From NCBI RefSeq assembly GCF_032062105.1, contig NW_026926363.1:1-64000 (forward strand): a DNA stretch of 64,000 bases. Reading direction: 5' to 3'. Origin of the DNA: Saccostrea cucullata (Eukaryota). The translations under genes and the position numbers were made by a program. This document shows positions 1 through 10,777 of this stretch, piece by piece. The first letter of the stretch is position 1; every line of letters starts with the position of its first letter. The notes below the pieces were generated by a model that searched no databases, had not been told where the DNA came from, and worked only from the letters and a program-made list of their open reading frames with translations.

Positions 1-71
1 ACAAAGTATGAGACAAGAAATATCGCACATTGTAAACATGACAACGCAATTAACATTTCACATTTATCACA
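1..71 (-). repeat. LTR (partial, U3 end; cut by window edge)
   Basis: Identical to 6566-6636 and adjacent to the PPT at 72-84. Confidence 0.93.
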
Positions 72-84
72 CTTTCCCCCGCTT
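72..84 (-). promoter_or_regulatory. Polypurine tract (copy 1; also 6637-6649 and 13202-13214)
   Basis: Minus strand AAGCGGGGGAAAG lies directly before the LTR start TGTGATA. It is absent at the outermost LTR (19765+). Confidence 0.88.
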
Positions 85-289
85 GGACTACATTTCGTCC
101 TCGAAATGTGAACAAAAACATATATAAAAAATCTATCTCATGTTATGTGACAGCTAGACTCTAGCTCATTGTAGGATAAAAAAGTATTTTTATTTTTTTT
201 TAAAAAATCTACATTCGTAGTGTACAAACATCATAAACTACAATAAAAAAAAAATCCTCACACATAGTCATAGTGGATATGTAGCTTAT

Positions 290-3200
290 TTACTTCATTT
301 CATCTTTTACCTTTTCAACCCAGCTGGGTGTTTCAGCGCACACAAACGGCTTAAGTCTGTCATGATGTATGACCTCTGTTTTATGTTTATTTCTTATTTT
401 GTAGACCACTGGACCAAATTTTTCCGTTATCAGATAGGGGCCGGCCCATGGGGATTCAAATTTCTTGTGATTTGGTTTCAATTTATACACAAGGCTTCCA
501 ACGGGCATGGTATTCTCACTGATGCGAGTGTCATCGTCTCTCTTTTGCCTCTCTGCTTGACTTTGTAAATTTTTCCGGGCTACATGATAAAGTTGCTCCA
601 TCTTCTCTCTCAGGTTTTCAGCATACTGGTCGGCGGTGTTTTTGTCATGGTCATTAGGCAAGGGATATAGGATACTGATCGGAGTATTGACCTCCCTACC
701 AAACATTAGCATGTTTGGGGAATATCCAGTACTTGGATGAGGTGTGCTTCTGTATGCTGCCATCAGAATGCTGAGATATTTATCCCATTCATGAATGTTA
801 GTTTCGATAAAGCTTTTTATCATCTTCCCTAAAGTTTGATTGAACCTTTCAATCAGGCCATTAGAACTGGGTCTGTATGGGGTTGATCTAGTCTTTTTGA
901 TTTGGAGAAGGGAACAGACTTCTTTAAACAGATCACTCTCGAAATTAGATCCTTGATCCGTATGGATTTCCAATGGAGTTCCATAGCGTACAATAAATTC
1001 ATGTACTAATTTTGAGGCAACAGTTTCTGCATTTTGGTTTGGAATAGGGTAAGTTTCCATCCATCTCGTGAAGTGGTCCCCTATAACGAGTATGAATTTG
1101 TTCTGTTTTTTCGATCTGGGTAAAGGTCCTATCACATCTATGCCTATCCTATCAAAGGGATAGCCAACACGATAATCGCATAATTTTGCCCTTGGGGTCT
1201 TGTTGAGTTTCTTCCATCTACTGCAAGCTGGACATTGTCTGACATGGCTTTTTATGTCCTCTCCCATCCTGTACCAGTAGAAATAGTTCTGTACTTTCTG
1301 AATTGTTTTATTTACACCTTGGTGGGCGGAGAATAGGTCATCATGGCACATTTGAAGGATACTTTGCCTTAGCACTCTTGGAACTAAGAGTTGTTGAACC
1401 TCTCTTTGATCTGTAACAACTAATTTTCTGTAAAGAATTCCTTCCTGCGCAGTAATAGATCTCCAGGTTAGCCAAAAGTTCCGAACAGCTGGGCTAAATT
1501 GAGATACTTCATCCCGAGATGGTAGTTTCTTTTGTTCTAACCACTGATGAAGAATCTTTAGATCTGAATCTTGTTTCTGAAAGTCTATCATTTCTGTTGG
1601 TGTAAATTGCTGCATCCAGTTGCACGTTTGGTTCAGATTGATAACTCTTGTACTGAGAGGATTTCCATTTTTGCTGAGGTCAGTCACATTATCAATGTTT
1701 TCCTTGAAGTCCTGCCATTGTTCATTCGAGTTTTCACATTCCATACACTGTGGTTCTGTGTCATCATGAGAGCATTTTTCTGGAAGTCGAGACAACGAAT
1801 CTGCATTCAGGTGTTTCTTGCCTTCTCGATGTTCTATTTTAAAGTGATACTGTGATAAAACCTCCAACCAGCGAGCTAATTGTCCTTGGGGGTCCTTAAA
1901 GTTGAAAATCCATCTCAAAGAACTATGGTCAGTTCTCAGGAGAAACTTCCTTCCAAGTAAATAATGTCGAAACTGGTTGATGAAGGTAACCACTGCTAGT
2001 AACTCTCGTCGTGTTACATTATAGCGTTTTTGATGTTTATCGAGTTTCTTTGAGGCATATGCTATAACTTTTTCTTTGCCTTCTTTCATTTGCGACAGTA
2101 CTGCTCCAATCCCATTATCCGAAGCATCTGTGTCTAATACAAAAGTTTCCGTAGAAGATGGGTATGATAATACTGGAGCATCACATAATGCTGCTTTCAG
2201 AGTATGGAAGGCTTCTTCACATTCTGGCGACCAAATGAATTTCTTGTCCTTCTGTGTCAAGCTGCTGAGTGGTGCTGCTATATCACTGAATTTGTATATG
2301 AACTGTCGGTAATAATTGCAGAGTCCAAGAAACTGTTGTATTTGTTTCACATTTTGTGGAATCTTCCAATTTTTAATGGATTCCGTAATCTTGGGGTTTG
2401 GTTTAATGCCCTCTTTCCCGACAATATGTCCTAGGTATAGTACTTCTGACTGGAAAAGTTCGCACTTCGAAGGTTTTAGTTTAAGACCTGCAGCTTGGAG
2501 TCTTTGAAGAACCTCATTCAACTGTTTAAAATGATCTTCCATATTCTGGCTAAAGATAATGATGTCATCCAGATATATCAATAGATGTTTCCACTGCATT
2601 CCTCTGAAGATTAATTCCATGCATCTTTGGAAAGTACTTGGTGCTGAACATAGACCAAAAGGCATCTTTGTATATTCAAAGAGTCCGTATTTCGTGATAA
2701 AAGCTGATTTTTCTCTGTCTTTTTCCTCCAGGACAATCTGCCAATATCCACTTTGTAGGTCCATTGTAGAAAAGATTGAGGCACCTGCTAGACAATCTAG
2801 ACACATGTCAATACGTGGTAGAGGATAGGCATCTTTACGGGTGCAGTCATTGAGTTTTCTGTAGTCAATGCACCAGCGGACTGTTCCATCTTTTTTGCGA
2901 ACTAATACCACTGGTGAGGCCCAAGCAGATTTGGAAGGTTTAATAATTCCATTACGTAGCTGTTCTTTTAAATAGGTTTCTTCCTCTGCCTCAAATCCTT
3001 GAGGAGTCCTTCTAAGTGGTTGTCTGATGGGAGCTGATCCTGCCGTATCTATCTTATGAGTAATGACAGAACAGGTACCAACATCTGTTTTGTTTTGAGC
3101 GAAAGCGTCCTTGTTAGTTAACAGTATCTGTGCCAGTTTGATCTTGTCTTCACTGCAATGAATTTTCCCACAACTTTTTTCATACAAGTCTTTCAAATAC

Positions 3201-4213
3201 TCGGGCAGCTGAGGAACATCGGCCTTGCTCCGCAGCAACCGTAGCACTGTATTTCCCGTATCATTCCAGTCGGTTGGAATTCTTGGGTGTTCACTATTGC
3301 CATCCACTGTCAGCTCATGCAATTTATTGCACTTATGCTTCACCATATCAGGCGTTAAGGGGTATCCACAAGAATCTAGGATCTCGGTACATTCTTGAAC
3401 TGGATGTAATTCTCCTAAAAGTTGGTTTTTCTTCAGTTTTATAGGAAATTTGGAGGTGTTAACAACTCTCACTGGAATCTTTGACCTGAAAGGGTTGACT
3501 AGACAGCGGGCCACAATTACCTCTTGTGAATCTTCAAACACTGGTTCTATTGCAGAAAAACAGGTGTCAATCAACTCAGGATTTTCACTTTTTCCAATTA
3601 CCAATGCCTCAGAAGAAGGGGGTATGGTGATGGTCTCATCAACATGTAACCTTGAAACTTGATCCTGTTTGCGATCCACATAACATTCCACCCACTTGCC
3701 TTGAATTTCCAAACCACGTCGCGTATTAATGGTTACATCATGTTGATCTAGGAAGTCGCAACCAAGTAAAAGGTCATCTGCTATTGGAGCCACATACATT
3801 TCCCATGCATAGTTTTCCTCTCCAATTTCCATTTGGACTTCCGTTATTCCACTTGTCCTCATTTTCCTACCCGCCTCTGCTACCACTAAGCTTCTTGGAG
3901 CTTGTCGCAACTGCGGACGTTTCTCAACAGGAATTTCCTGAAACCTTCTCTCACTAATCACTGTCACCTCTGCTCCAGTGTCTACCACAGCATTCATCCT
4001 AATGCCCTCAATGGTAACGGGAGCTCGGATAGTTACGGCATGTACCCTATCAATGACAACCTCACTTTCCTCTGGTGCAGTATTAAGTATACAAGGTTCC
4101 TTCACCTGTTCAAAACTTACTTCCTTCGTGGTTTGTAAATTTGCTTTGATCACCGTGGATTCCTTCTCCTTTTGATTGATAATGGGGTTTTTCTCCATTT
4201 TACTCATTTCCAC
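290..4213 (-). CDS. pol: Gypsy Pol polyprotein (aspartic protease, RT, RNase H, integrase), copy 1; frame open back to the slippery site at 4267
   Basis: Motifs VDTGA (PR), MPFGL and YLDD (RT), DTDASD (RH), H..H..CPAC zinc finger, IDVIGP/TDQGSNF/ERFN (DDE integrase) and WAGPY (GPY/F). Order PR-RT-RH-IN is Ty3/Gypsy. Confidence 0.97.
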   Translation of the reverse strand: MEMSKMEKNPIINQKEKESTVIKANLQTTKEVSFEQVKEPCILNTAPEESEVVIDRVHAVTIRAPVTIEGIRMNAVVDTGAEVTVISERRFQEIPVEKRPQLRQAPRSLVVAEAGRKMRTSGITEVQMEIGEENYAWEMYVAPIADDLLLGCDFLDQHDVTINTRRGLEIQGKWVECYVDRKQDQVSRLHVDETITIPPSSEALVIGKSENPELIDTCFSAIEPVFEDSQEVIVARCLVNPFRSKIPVRVVNTSKFPIKLKKNQLLGELHPVQECTEILDSCGYPLTPDMVKHKCNKLHELTVDGNSEHPRIPTDWNDTGNTVLRLLRSKADVPQLPEYLKDLYEKSCGKIHCSEDKIKLAQILLTNKDAFAQNKTDVGTCSVITHKIDTAGSAPIRQPLRRTPQGFEAEEETYLKEQLRNGIIKPSKSAWASPVVLVRKKDGTVRWCIDYRKLNDCTRKDAYPLPRIDMCLDCLAGASIFSTMDLQSGYWQIVLEEKDREKSAFITKYGLFEYTKMPFGLCSAPSTFQRCMELIFRGMQWKHLLIYLDDIIIFSQNMEDHFKQLNEVLQRLQAAGLKLKPSKCELFQSEVLYLGHIVGKEGIKPNPKITESIKNWKIPQNVKQIQQFLGLCNYYRQFIYKFSDIAAPLSSLTQKDKKFIWSPECEEAFHTLKAALCDAPVLSYPSSTETFVLDTDASDNGIGAVLSQMKEGKEKVIAYASKKLDKHQKRYNVTRRELLAVVTFINQFRHYLLGRKFLLRTDHSSLRWIFNFKDPQGQLARWLEVLSQYHFKIEHREGKKHLNADSLSRLPEKCSHDDTEPQCMECENSNEQWQDFKENIDNVTDLSKNGNPLSTRVINLNQTCNWMQQFTPTEMIDFQKQDSDLKILHQWLEQKKLPSRDEVSQFSPAVRNFWLTWRSITAQEGILYRKLVVTDQREVQQLLVPRVLRQSILQMCHDDLFSAHQGVNKTIQKVQNYFYWYRMGEDIKSHVRQCPACSRWKKLNKTPRAKLCDYRVGYPFDRIGIDVIGPLPRSKKQNKFILVIGDHFTRWMETYPIPNQNAETVASKLVHEFIVRYGTPLEIHTDQGSNFESDLFKEVCSLLQIKKTRSTPYRPSSNGLIERFNQTLGKMIKSFIETNIHEWDKYLSILMAAYRSTPHPSTGYSPNMLMFGREVNTPISILYPLPNDHDKNTADQYAENLREKMEQLYHVARKNLQSQAERQKRDDDTRISENTMPVGSLVYKLKPNHKKFESPWAGPYLITEKFGPVVYKIRNKHKTEVIHHDRLKPFVCAETPSWVEKVKDEMK

Positions 4214-4223
4214 TTTTCCTAGT

Positions 4224-4267
4224 AGGGCTGATGTTTGGCCGACAACCTCAGCCCCTTCTAGTTTAAA
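4224..4267 (-). promoter_or_regulatory. -1 programmed ribosomal frameshift signal (heptamers also at 10825-10831 and 17390-17396)
   Basis: T TTA AAC heptamer immediately before the gag TAG, then a 6-nt spacer and a GGGCTGA...TCAGCCC stem-loop. pol is in the -1 frame and open through this region. Confidence 0.88.
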
Positions 4268-5691
4268 GATTTTTTATTTTCTTCTGTACATGTAGGGTGA
4301 GGAAATGACCTTGCTTGGTTAGATCCACCCTTCGTCTGTGTCTGATAATTGTTCACCTTCTTCGTGGTTGACTTGAATTCTTTTTTATCCTTTGTCAAGG
4401 GACATGTTTTCCTTGTGTGCCCTTCCTCACCACAGCCATAACACACAAATGGTTGTTTGGATAAACTGTTTGTTGTTTTTTGGTCAACATAGTTCTTCAT
4501 GTCTTTTTGTATATCACGCATGGTGCTGGTGATGGATTCTGTTAATTCCCGTCCAAATTGGCACAGCCTGTCCTCTGTGATGAACGGTTTATTGCCAACT
4601 CTTTTGACTTCTGGAGTATTATATTCTTCCTCCACAGCTATTTGTCTGAGATGTTGTTTAGCTCTAATACCATTTTTGCATGAGAAATGCCAAGAGAGCA
4701 GATTTACAGCCTCCTGTAAGGTTTGTGGACGTTTAGTTAAGACATCATATGCAATAGATTGATCGTTGATTCCATTTAGCATGTGCTCGATGCTTAAACT
4801 TTTATAAATTTCAGTATTTTGCATTCCAGGGTATGCTTTGCTCATCTTAGCTTCAATCCTAGTAGAGTACTCTTGGAAGGATTCACCAGCCATCTTCTTG
4901 ATTTGCTGAAGTTCTCTTCTATGCGTTTCCGGTAGTGTATGGTCACCAAATCTCCTGTTCATCGATTCAATTAGATACAACCATTCTGATCGGACTTCAT
5001 GAGAAAGTTGTGTTACGAAGGTTAGAGCTTCGTCCTTCAAGCAGAAGATGATTTCTTCCCTCCTCCTCTCAATTGTCCATTTATATCTGTCTGCCAGCAT
5101 CTCAAACTGCAGCAGGAAAGACTTCCAGTCTCCCTTCCCATTAAATATTGGGAGTCTTGGTTTTGGTTCCTCGCATCCACTCATGTTGGAGTTTGTACTT
5201 CCACTTTCATTGGGAATAGGCCAGCTAGGCTGAGGATAAGTACTCCAACCTGGACGATTATTTGTGGTTTGAGGGGTCCATCGCATTTGATGATTTCCCT
5301 GGTTTGGTTGGATTACATTTGATGGATATGTAGCATTTTGGGCATAACCACTGTGTCCTTGAGAATATCCACTATAGCCTTGAGGATGAGTGTAACGACC
5401 TAGATTGGGATACAAACCATTCTGACTTGACTGTTTACTGCTGGCTATCTTCAATGCTTCCTCCAATTCTCCTATTTTGCGTCTCAGACTCTCTACCTCA
5501 CCTTGATTTTCATTCCTGCATTCTTCATTGTCAATGCCCATCATGCTTGGAATCCTCCTTGGGCTGTGCACTGGGGAACACACATTTTCCACCACAGAAG
5601 ATGATTGAACACCTTGATTCACAAACTCTACATCCCTATTTTCCCCCACTTTAAAACTAGGAGAACCTAATTTTCTATTTCTTAACATCAT
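4258..5691 (-). CDS. gag: Gypsy Gag, copy 1
   Basis: 477 aa with a capsid-like region (PIFNGKGDWKSFLLQFE) and a CCHC zinc knuckle CYGCGEEGHTRKTC, located upstream of pol. Confidence 0.95.
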   Translation of the reverse strand: MMLRNRKLGSPSFKVGENRDVEFVNQGVQSSSVVENVCSPVHSPRRIPSMMGIDNEECRNENQGEVESLRRKIGELEEALKIASSKQSSQNGLYPNLGRYTHPQGYSGYSQGHSGYAQNATYPSNVIQPNQGNHQMRWTPQTTNNRPGWSTYPQPSWPIPNESGSTNSNMSGCEEPKPRLPIFNGKGDWKSFLLQFEMLADRYKWTIERRREEIIFCLKDEALTFVTQLSHEVRSEWLYLIESMNRRFGDHTLPETHRRELQQIKKMAGESFQEYSTRIEAKMSKAYPGMQNTEIYKSLSIEHMLNGINDQSIAYDVLTKRPQTLQEAVNLLSWHFSCKNGIRAKQHLRQIAVEEEYNTPEVKRVGNKPFITEDRLCQFGRELTESITSTMRDIQKDMKNYVDQKTTNSLSKQPFVCYGCGEEGHTRKTCPLTKDKKEFKSTTKKVNNYQTQTKGGSNQARSFPHPTCTEENKKSLN

Positions 5692-5786
5692 TTTCCTAAG
5701 TGAATTTTTTCAAACAATACTTTTTTTTTTTTTTTTTCAAAAAACAATAAAATAAATACAAAAAATTATTTAAATTTAAATTTTTA

Positions 5787-5799
5787 ACCGCTGCCACCA
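5787..5799 (-). promoter_or_regulatory. Primer binding site, tRNA-Leu type (also 12352-12364 and 18915-18927)
   Basis: Minus strand TGGTGGCAGCGGT is complementary to the ...ACCGCTGCCACCA 3' end of animal tRNA-Leu(AAG/UAG). Confidence 0.87.
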
Positions 5800-5804
5800 A
5801 TTAT

Positions 5805-6636
5805 TGCGTTTGCTGAATTTGTTATTTAAATTCAAAAACGTTATAAAAGACACAAATATTATATCAATTAATATGAACTATTTATTTAGAACATAAAATA
5901 TGAAATATAATATTTTCAGGTTTAAATTTAGATATTTTCCTTTAAAAAAATATTGAACAATGTAATAAAAATCCCTATTCACTATAACATTCGTTAAAAA
6001 TCCTTTCTATAATATTACAATATCATTTAAGTACTTAAAAACTAATAAAAAATACCTTTCAACAATAATAGATTGTCACCCTTAACGGCTGCCGTATCTC
6101 TATCTAGCACCAGACCCCGTATGTTATACAAACGTATCTAGGTAACTAGGTCATAGCAATACCTACATATTTACAATGCACAACTTGTATCATTAAAACA
6201 GTAATAAAAATACGATACTATTTTATTTATTTTAAATACATAAAATTACTACAAGTAAACAGTACTCGAGTCAAAGTACAGAATAAATACGAAATTCTTT
6301 ATACAAATCATGTTCGATCGGGATCGGGATTGCAGTATGAAAACATGTGATTTCCCGGTAAAGTCAAAACATCTTTCTTCACAGTTTTGGATACAAGTTG
6401 TAGTTTTCCACAATAATAGACGTAATCTAATAGACGTAATCATATGAATAGAGGTAATTAAGTATGTAAAAATGAATATGATTAACATCGAAATTAATAA
6501 ATATAATATGCATTTATACAGTAATCATGCATCAATACCAGTTCGAATTTCCTCGACATGTCACAACAAAGTATGAGACAAGAAATATCGCACATTGTAA
6601 ACATGACAACGCAATTAACATTTCACATTTATCACA
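5805..6636 (-). repeat. LTR shared between copies 1 and 2 (832 bp)
   Basis: Bounded by a PPT on one side and a PBS on the other, with TG...CA ends. The U5 boundary is uncertain by ~5 nt. Confidence 0.93.
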
Positions 6637-6853
6637 CTTTCCCCCGCTTGGACTACATTTCGTCCTCGAAATGTGAACAAAAACATATATAAAAAATCTA
6701 TCTCATGTTATGTGACAGCTAGACTCTAGCTCATTGTAGGATAAAAAAGTATTTTTATTTTTTTTTAAAAAATCTACATTCGTAGTGTACAAACATCATA
6801 AACTACAATAAAAAAAAATCCTCACACATAGTCATAGTGGATATGTAGCTTAT

Positions 6854-9800
6854 TTACTTCATTTCATCTTTTACCTTTTCAACCCAGCTGGGTGTTTCAG
6901 CGCACACAAACGGCTTAAGTCTGTCATGATGTATGACCTCTGTTTTATGTTTATTTCTTATTTTGTAGACCACTGGACCAAATTTTTCCGTTATCAGATA
7001 GGGGCCGGCCCATGGGGATTCAAATTTCTTGTGATTTGGTTTCAATTTATACACAAGGCTTCCAACGGGCATGGTATTCTCACTGATGCGAGTGTCATCG
7101 TCTCTCTTTTGCCTCTCTGCTTGACTTTGTAAATTTTTCCGGGCTACATGATAAAGTTGCTCCATCTTCTCTCTCAGGTTTTCAGCATACTGGTCGGCGG
7201 TGTTTTTGTCATGGTCATTAGGCAAGGGATATAGGATACTGATCGGAGTATTGACCTCCCTACCAAACATTAGCATGTTTGGGGAATATCCAGTACTTGG
7301 ATGAGGTGTGCTTCTGTATGCTGCCATCAGAATGCTGAGATATTTATCCCATTCATGAATGTTAGTTTCGATAAAGCTTTTTATCATCTTCCCTAAAGTT
7401 TGATTGAACCTTTCAATCAGGCCATTAGAACTGGGTCTGTATGGGGTTGATCTAGTCTTTTTGATTTGGAGAAGGGAACAGACTTCTTTAAACAGATCAC
7501 TCTCGAAATTAGATCCTTGATCCGTATGGATTTCCAATGGAGTTCCATAGCGTACAATAAATTCATGTACTAATTTTGAGGCAACAGTTTCTGCATTTTG
7601 GTTTGGAATAGGGTAAGTTTCCATCCATCTCGTGAAGTGGTCCCCTATAACGAGTATGAATTTGTTCTGTTTTTTCGATCTGGGTAAAGGTCCTATCACA
7701 TCTATGCCTATCCTATCAAAGGGATAGCCAACACGATAATCGCATAATTTTGCCCTTGGGGTCTTGTTGAGTTTCTTCCATCTACTGCAAGCTGGACATT
7801 GTCTGACATGGCTTTTTATGTCCTCTCCCATCCTGTACCAGTAGAAATAGTTCTGTACTTTCTGAATTGTTTTATTTACACCTTGGTGGGCGGAGAATAG
7901 GTCATCATGGCACATTTGAAGGATACTTTGCCTTAGCACTCTTGGAACTAAGAGTTGTTGAACCTCTCTTTGATCTGTAACAACTAATTTTCTGTAAAGA
8001 ATTCCTTCCTGCGCAGTAATAGATCTCCAGGTTAGCCAAAAGTTCCGAACAGCTGGGCTAAATTGAGATACTTCATCCCGAGATGGTAGTTTCTTTTGTT
8101 CTAACCACTGATGAAGAATCTTTAGATCTGAATCTTGTTTCTGAAAGTCTATCATTTCTGTTGGTGTAAATTGCTGCATCCAGTTGCACGTTTGGTTCAG
8201 ATTGATAACTCTTGTACTGAGAGGATTTCCATTTTTGCTGAGGTCAGTCACATTATCAATGTTTTCCTTGAAGTCCTGCCATTGTTCATTCGAGTTTTCA
8301 CATTCCATACACTGTGGTTCTGTGTCATCATGAGAGCATTTTTCTGGAAGTCGAGACAACGAATCTGCATTCAGGTGTTTCTTGCCTTCTCGATGTTCTA
8401 TTTTAAAGTGATACTGTGATAAAACCTCCAACCAGCGAGCTAATTGTCCTTGGGGGTCCTTAAAGTTGAAATTCCATCTCAAAGAACTATGGTCAGTTCT
8501 CAGGAGAAACTTCCTTCCAAGTAAATAATGTCGAAACTGGTTGATGAAGGTAACCACTGCTAGTAACTCTCGTCGTGTTACATTATAGCGTTTTTGATGT
8601 TTATCGAGTTTCTTTGAGGCATATGCTATAACTTTTTCTTTGCCTTCTTTCATTTGCGACAGTACTGCTCCAATCCCATTATCCGAAGCATCTGTGTCTA
8701 ATACAAAAGTTTCCGTAGAAGATGGGTATGATAATACTGGAGCATCACATAATGCTGCTTTCAGAGTATGGAAGGCTTCTTCACATTCTGGCGACCAAAT
8801 GAATTTCTTGTCCTTCTGTGTCAAGCTGCTGAGTGGTGCTGCTATATCACTGAATTTGTATATGAACTGTCGGTAATAATTGCAGAGTCCAAGAAACTGT
8901 TGTATTTGTTTCACATTTTGTGGAATCTTCCAATTTTTAATGGATTCCGTAATCTTGGGGTTTGGTTTAATGCCCTCTTTCCCGACAATATGTCCTAGGT
9001 ATAGTACTTCTGACTGGAAAAGTTCGCACTTCGAAGGTTTTAGTTTAAGACCTGCAGCTTGGAGTCTTTGAAGAACCTCATTCAACTGTTTAAAATGATC
9101 TTCCATATTCTGGCTAAAGATAATGATGTCATCCAGATATATCAATAGATGTTTCCACTGCATTCCTCTGAAGATTAATTCCATGCATCTTTGGAAAGTA
9201 CTTGGTGCTGAACATAGACCAAAAGGCATCTTTGTATATTCAAAGAGTCCGTATTTCGTGATAAAAGCTGATTTTTCTCTGTCTTTTTCCTCCAGGACAA
9301 TCTGCCAATATCCACTTTGTAGGTCCATTGTAGAAAAGATTGAGGCACCTGCTAGACAATCTAGACACATGTCAATACGTGGTAGAGGATAGGCATCTTT
9401 ACGGGTGCAGTCATTGAGTTTTCTGTAGTCAATGCACCAGCGGACTGTTCCATCTTTTTTGCGAACTAATACCACTGGTGAGGCCCAAGCAGATTTGGAA
9501 GGTTTAATAATTCCATTACGTAGCTGTTCTTTTAAATAGGTTTCTTCCTCTGCCTCAAATCCTTGAGGAGTCCTTCTAAGTGGTTGTCTGATGGGAGCTG
9601 ATCCTGCCGTATCTATCTTATGAGTAATGACAGAACAGGTACCAACATCTGTTTTGTTTTGAGCGAAAGCGTCCTTGTTAGTTAACAGTATCTGTGCCAG
9701 TTTGATCTTGTCTTCACTGCAATGAATTTTCCCACAACTTTTTTCATACAAGTCTTTCAAATACTCGGGCAGCTGAGGAACATCGGCCTTGCTCCGCAGC

Positions 9801-10777
9801 AACCGTAGCACTGTATTTCCCGTATCATTCCAGTCGGTTGGAATTCTTGGGTGTTCACTATTGCCATCCACTGTCAGCTCATGCAATTTATTGCACTTAT
9901 GCTTCACCATATCAGGCGTTAAGGGGTATCCACAAGAATCTAGGATCTCGGTACATTCTTGAACTGGATGTAATTCTCCTAAAAGTTGGTTTTTCTTCAG
10001 TTTTATAGGAAATTTGGAGGTGTTAACAACTCTCACTGGAATCTTTGACCTGAAAGGGTTGACTAGACAGCGGGCCACAATTACCTCTTGTGAATCTTCA
10101 AACACTGGTTCTATTGCAGAAAAACAGGTGTCAATCAACTCAGGATTTTCACTTTTTCCAATTACCAATGCCTCAGAAGAAGGGGGTATGGTGATGGTCT
10201 CATCAACATGTAACCTTGAAACTTGATCCTGTTTGCGATCCACATAACATTCCACCCACTTGCCTTGAATTTCCAAACCACGTCGCGTATTAATGGTTAC
10301 ATCATGTTGATCTAGGAAGTCGCAACCAAGTAAAAGGTCATCTGCTATTGGAGCCACATACATTTCCCATGCATAGTTTTCCTCTCCAATTTCCATTTGG
10401 ACTTCCGTTATTCCACTTGTCCTCATTTTCCTACCCGCCTCTGCTACCACTAAGCTTCTTGGAGCTTGTCGCAACTGCGGACGTTTCTCAACAGGAATTT
10501 CCTGAAACCTTCTCTCACTAATCACTGTCACCTCTGCTCCAGTGTCTACCACAGCATTCATCCTAATGCCCTCAATGGTAACGGGAGCTCGGATAGTTAC
10601 GGCATGTACCCTATCAATGACAACCTCACTTTCCTCTGGTGCAGTATTAAGTATACAAGGTTCCTTCACCTGTTCAAAACTTACTTCCTTCGTGGTTTGT
10701 AAATTTGCTTTGATCACCGTGGATTCCTTCTCCTTTTGATTGATAATGGGGTTTTTCTCCATTTTACTCATTTCCAC
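6854..10777 (-). CDS. pol: Gypsy Pol, copy 2
   Basis: Same as copy 1 except WIFNF>WNFNF (8472). Confidence 0.97.
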   Translation of the reverse strand: MEMSKMEKNPIINQKEKESTVIKANLQTTKEVSFEQVKEPCILNTAPEESEVVIDRVHAVTIRAPVTIEGIRMNAVVDTGAEVTVISERRFQEIPVEKRPQLRQAPRSLVVAEAGRKMRTSGITEVQMEIGEENYAWEMYVAPIADDLLLGCDFLDQHDVTINTRRGLEIQGKWVECYVDRKQDQVSRLHVDETITIPPSSEALVIGKSENPELIDTCFSAIEPVFEDSQEVIVARCLVNPFRSKIPVRVVNTSKFPIKLKKNQLLGELHPVQECTEILDSCGYPLTPDMVKHKCNKLHELTVDGNSEHPRIPTDWNDTGNTVLRLLRSKADVPQLPEYLKDLYEKSCGKIHCSEDKIKLAQILLTNKDAFAQNKTDVGTCSVITHKIDTAGSAPIRQPLRRTPQGFEAEEETYLKEQLRNGIIKPSKSAWASPVVLVRKKDGTVRWCIDYRKLNDCTRKDAYPLPRIDMCLDCLAGASIFSTMDLQSGYWQIVLEEKDREKSAFITKYGLFEYTKMPFGLCSAPSTFQRCMELIFRGMQWKHLLIYLDDIIIFSQNMEDHFKQLNEVLQRLQAAGLKLKPSKCELFQSEVLYLGHIVGKEGIKPNPKITESIKNWKIPQNVKQIQQFLGLCNYYRQFIYKFSDIAAPLSSLTQKDKKFIWSPECEEAFHTLKAALCDAPVLSYPSSTETFVLDTDASDNGIGAVLSQMKEGKEKVIAYASKKLDKHQKRYNVTRRELLAVVTFINQFRHYLLGRKFLLRTDHSSLRWNFNFKDPQGQLARWLEVLSQYHFKIEHREGKKHLNADSLSRLPEKCSHDDTEPQCMECENSNEQWQDFKENIDNVTDLSKNGNPLSTRVINLNQTCNWMQQFTPTEMIDFQKQDSDLKILHQWLEQKKLPSRDEVSQFSPAVRNFWLTWRSITAQEGILYRKLVVTDQREVQQLLVPRVLRQSILQMCHDDLFSAHQGVNKTIQKVQNYFYWYRMGEDIKSHVRQCPACSRWKKLNKTPRAKLCDYRVGYPFDRIGIDVIGPLPRSKKQNKFILVIGDHFTRWMETYPIPNQNAETVASKLVHEFIVRYGTPLEIHTDQGSNFESDLFKEVCSLLQIKKTRSTPYRPSSNGLIERFNQTLGKMIKSFIETNIHEWDKYLSILMAAYRSTPHPSTGYSPNMLMFGREVNTPISILYPLPNDHDKNTADQYAENLREKMEQLYHVARKNLQSQAERQKRDDDTRISENTMPVGSLVYKLKPNHKKFESPWAGPYLITEKFGPVVYKIRNKHKTEVIHHDRLKPFVCAETPSWVEKVKDEMK

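Noticed and set aside
6249-6488. 79-aa ORF in each LTR as an env or accessory gene
   Set aside because: Short, AT-rich and inside the LTR, with no convincing protein features. The ~200 bp between pol and the PPT leaves no room for env.
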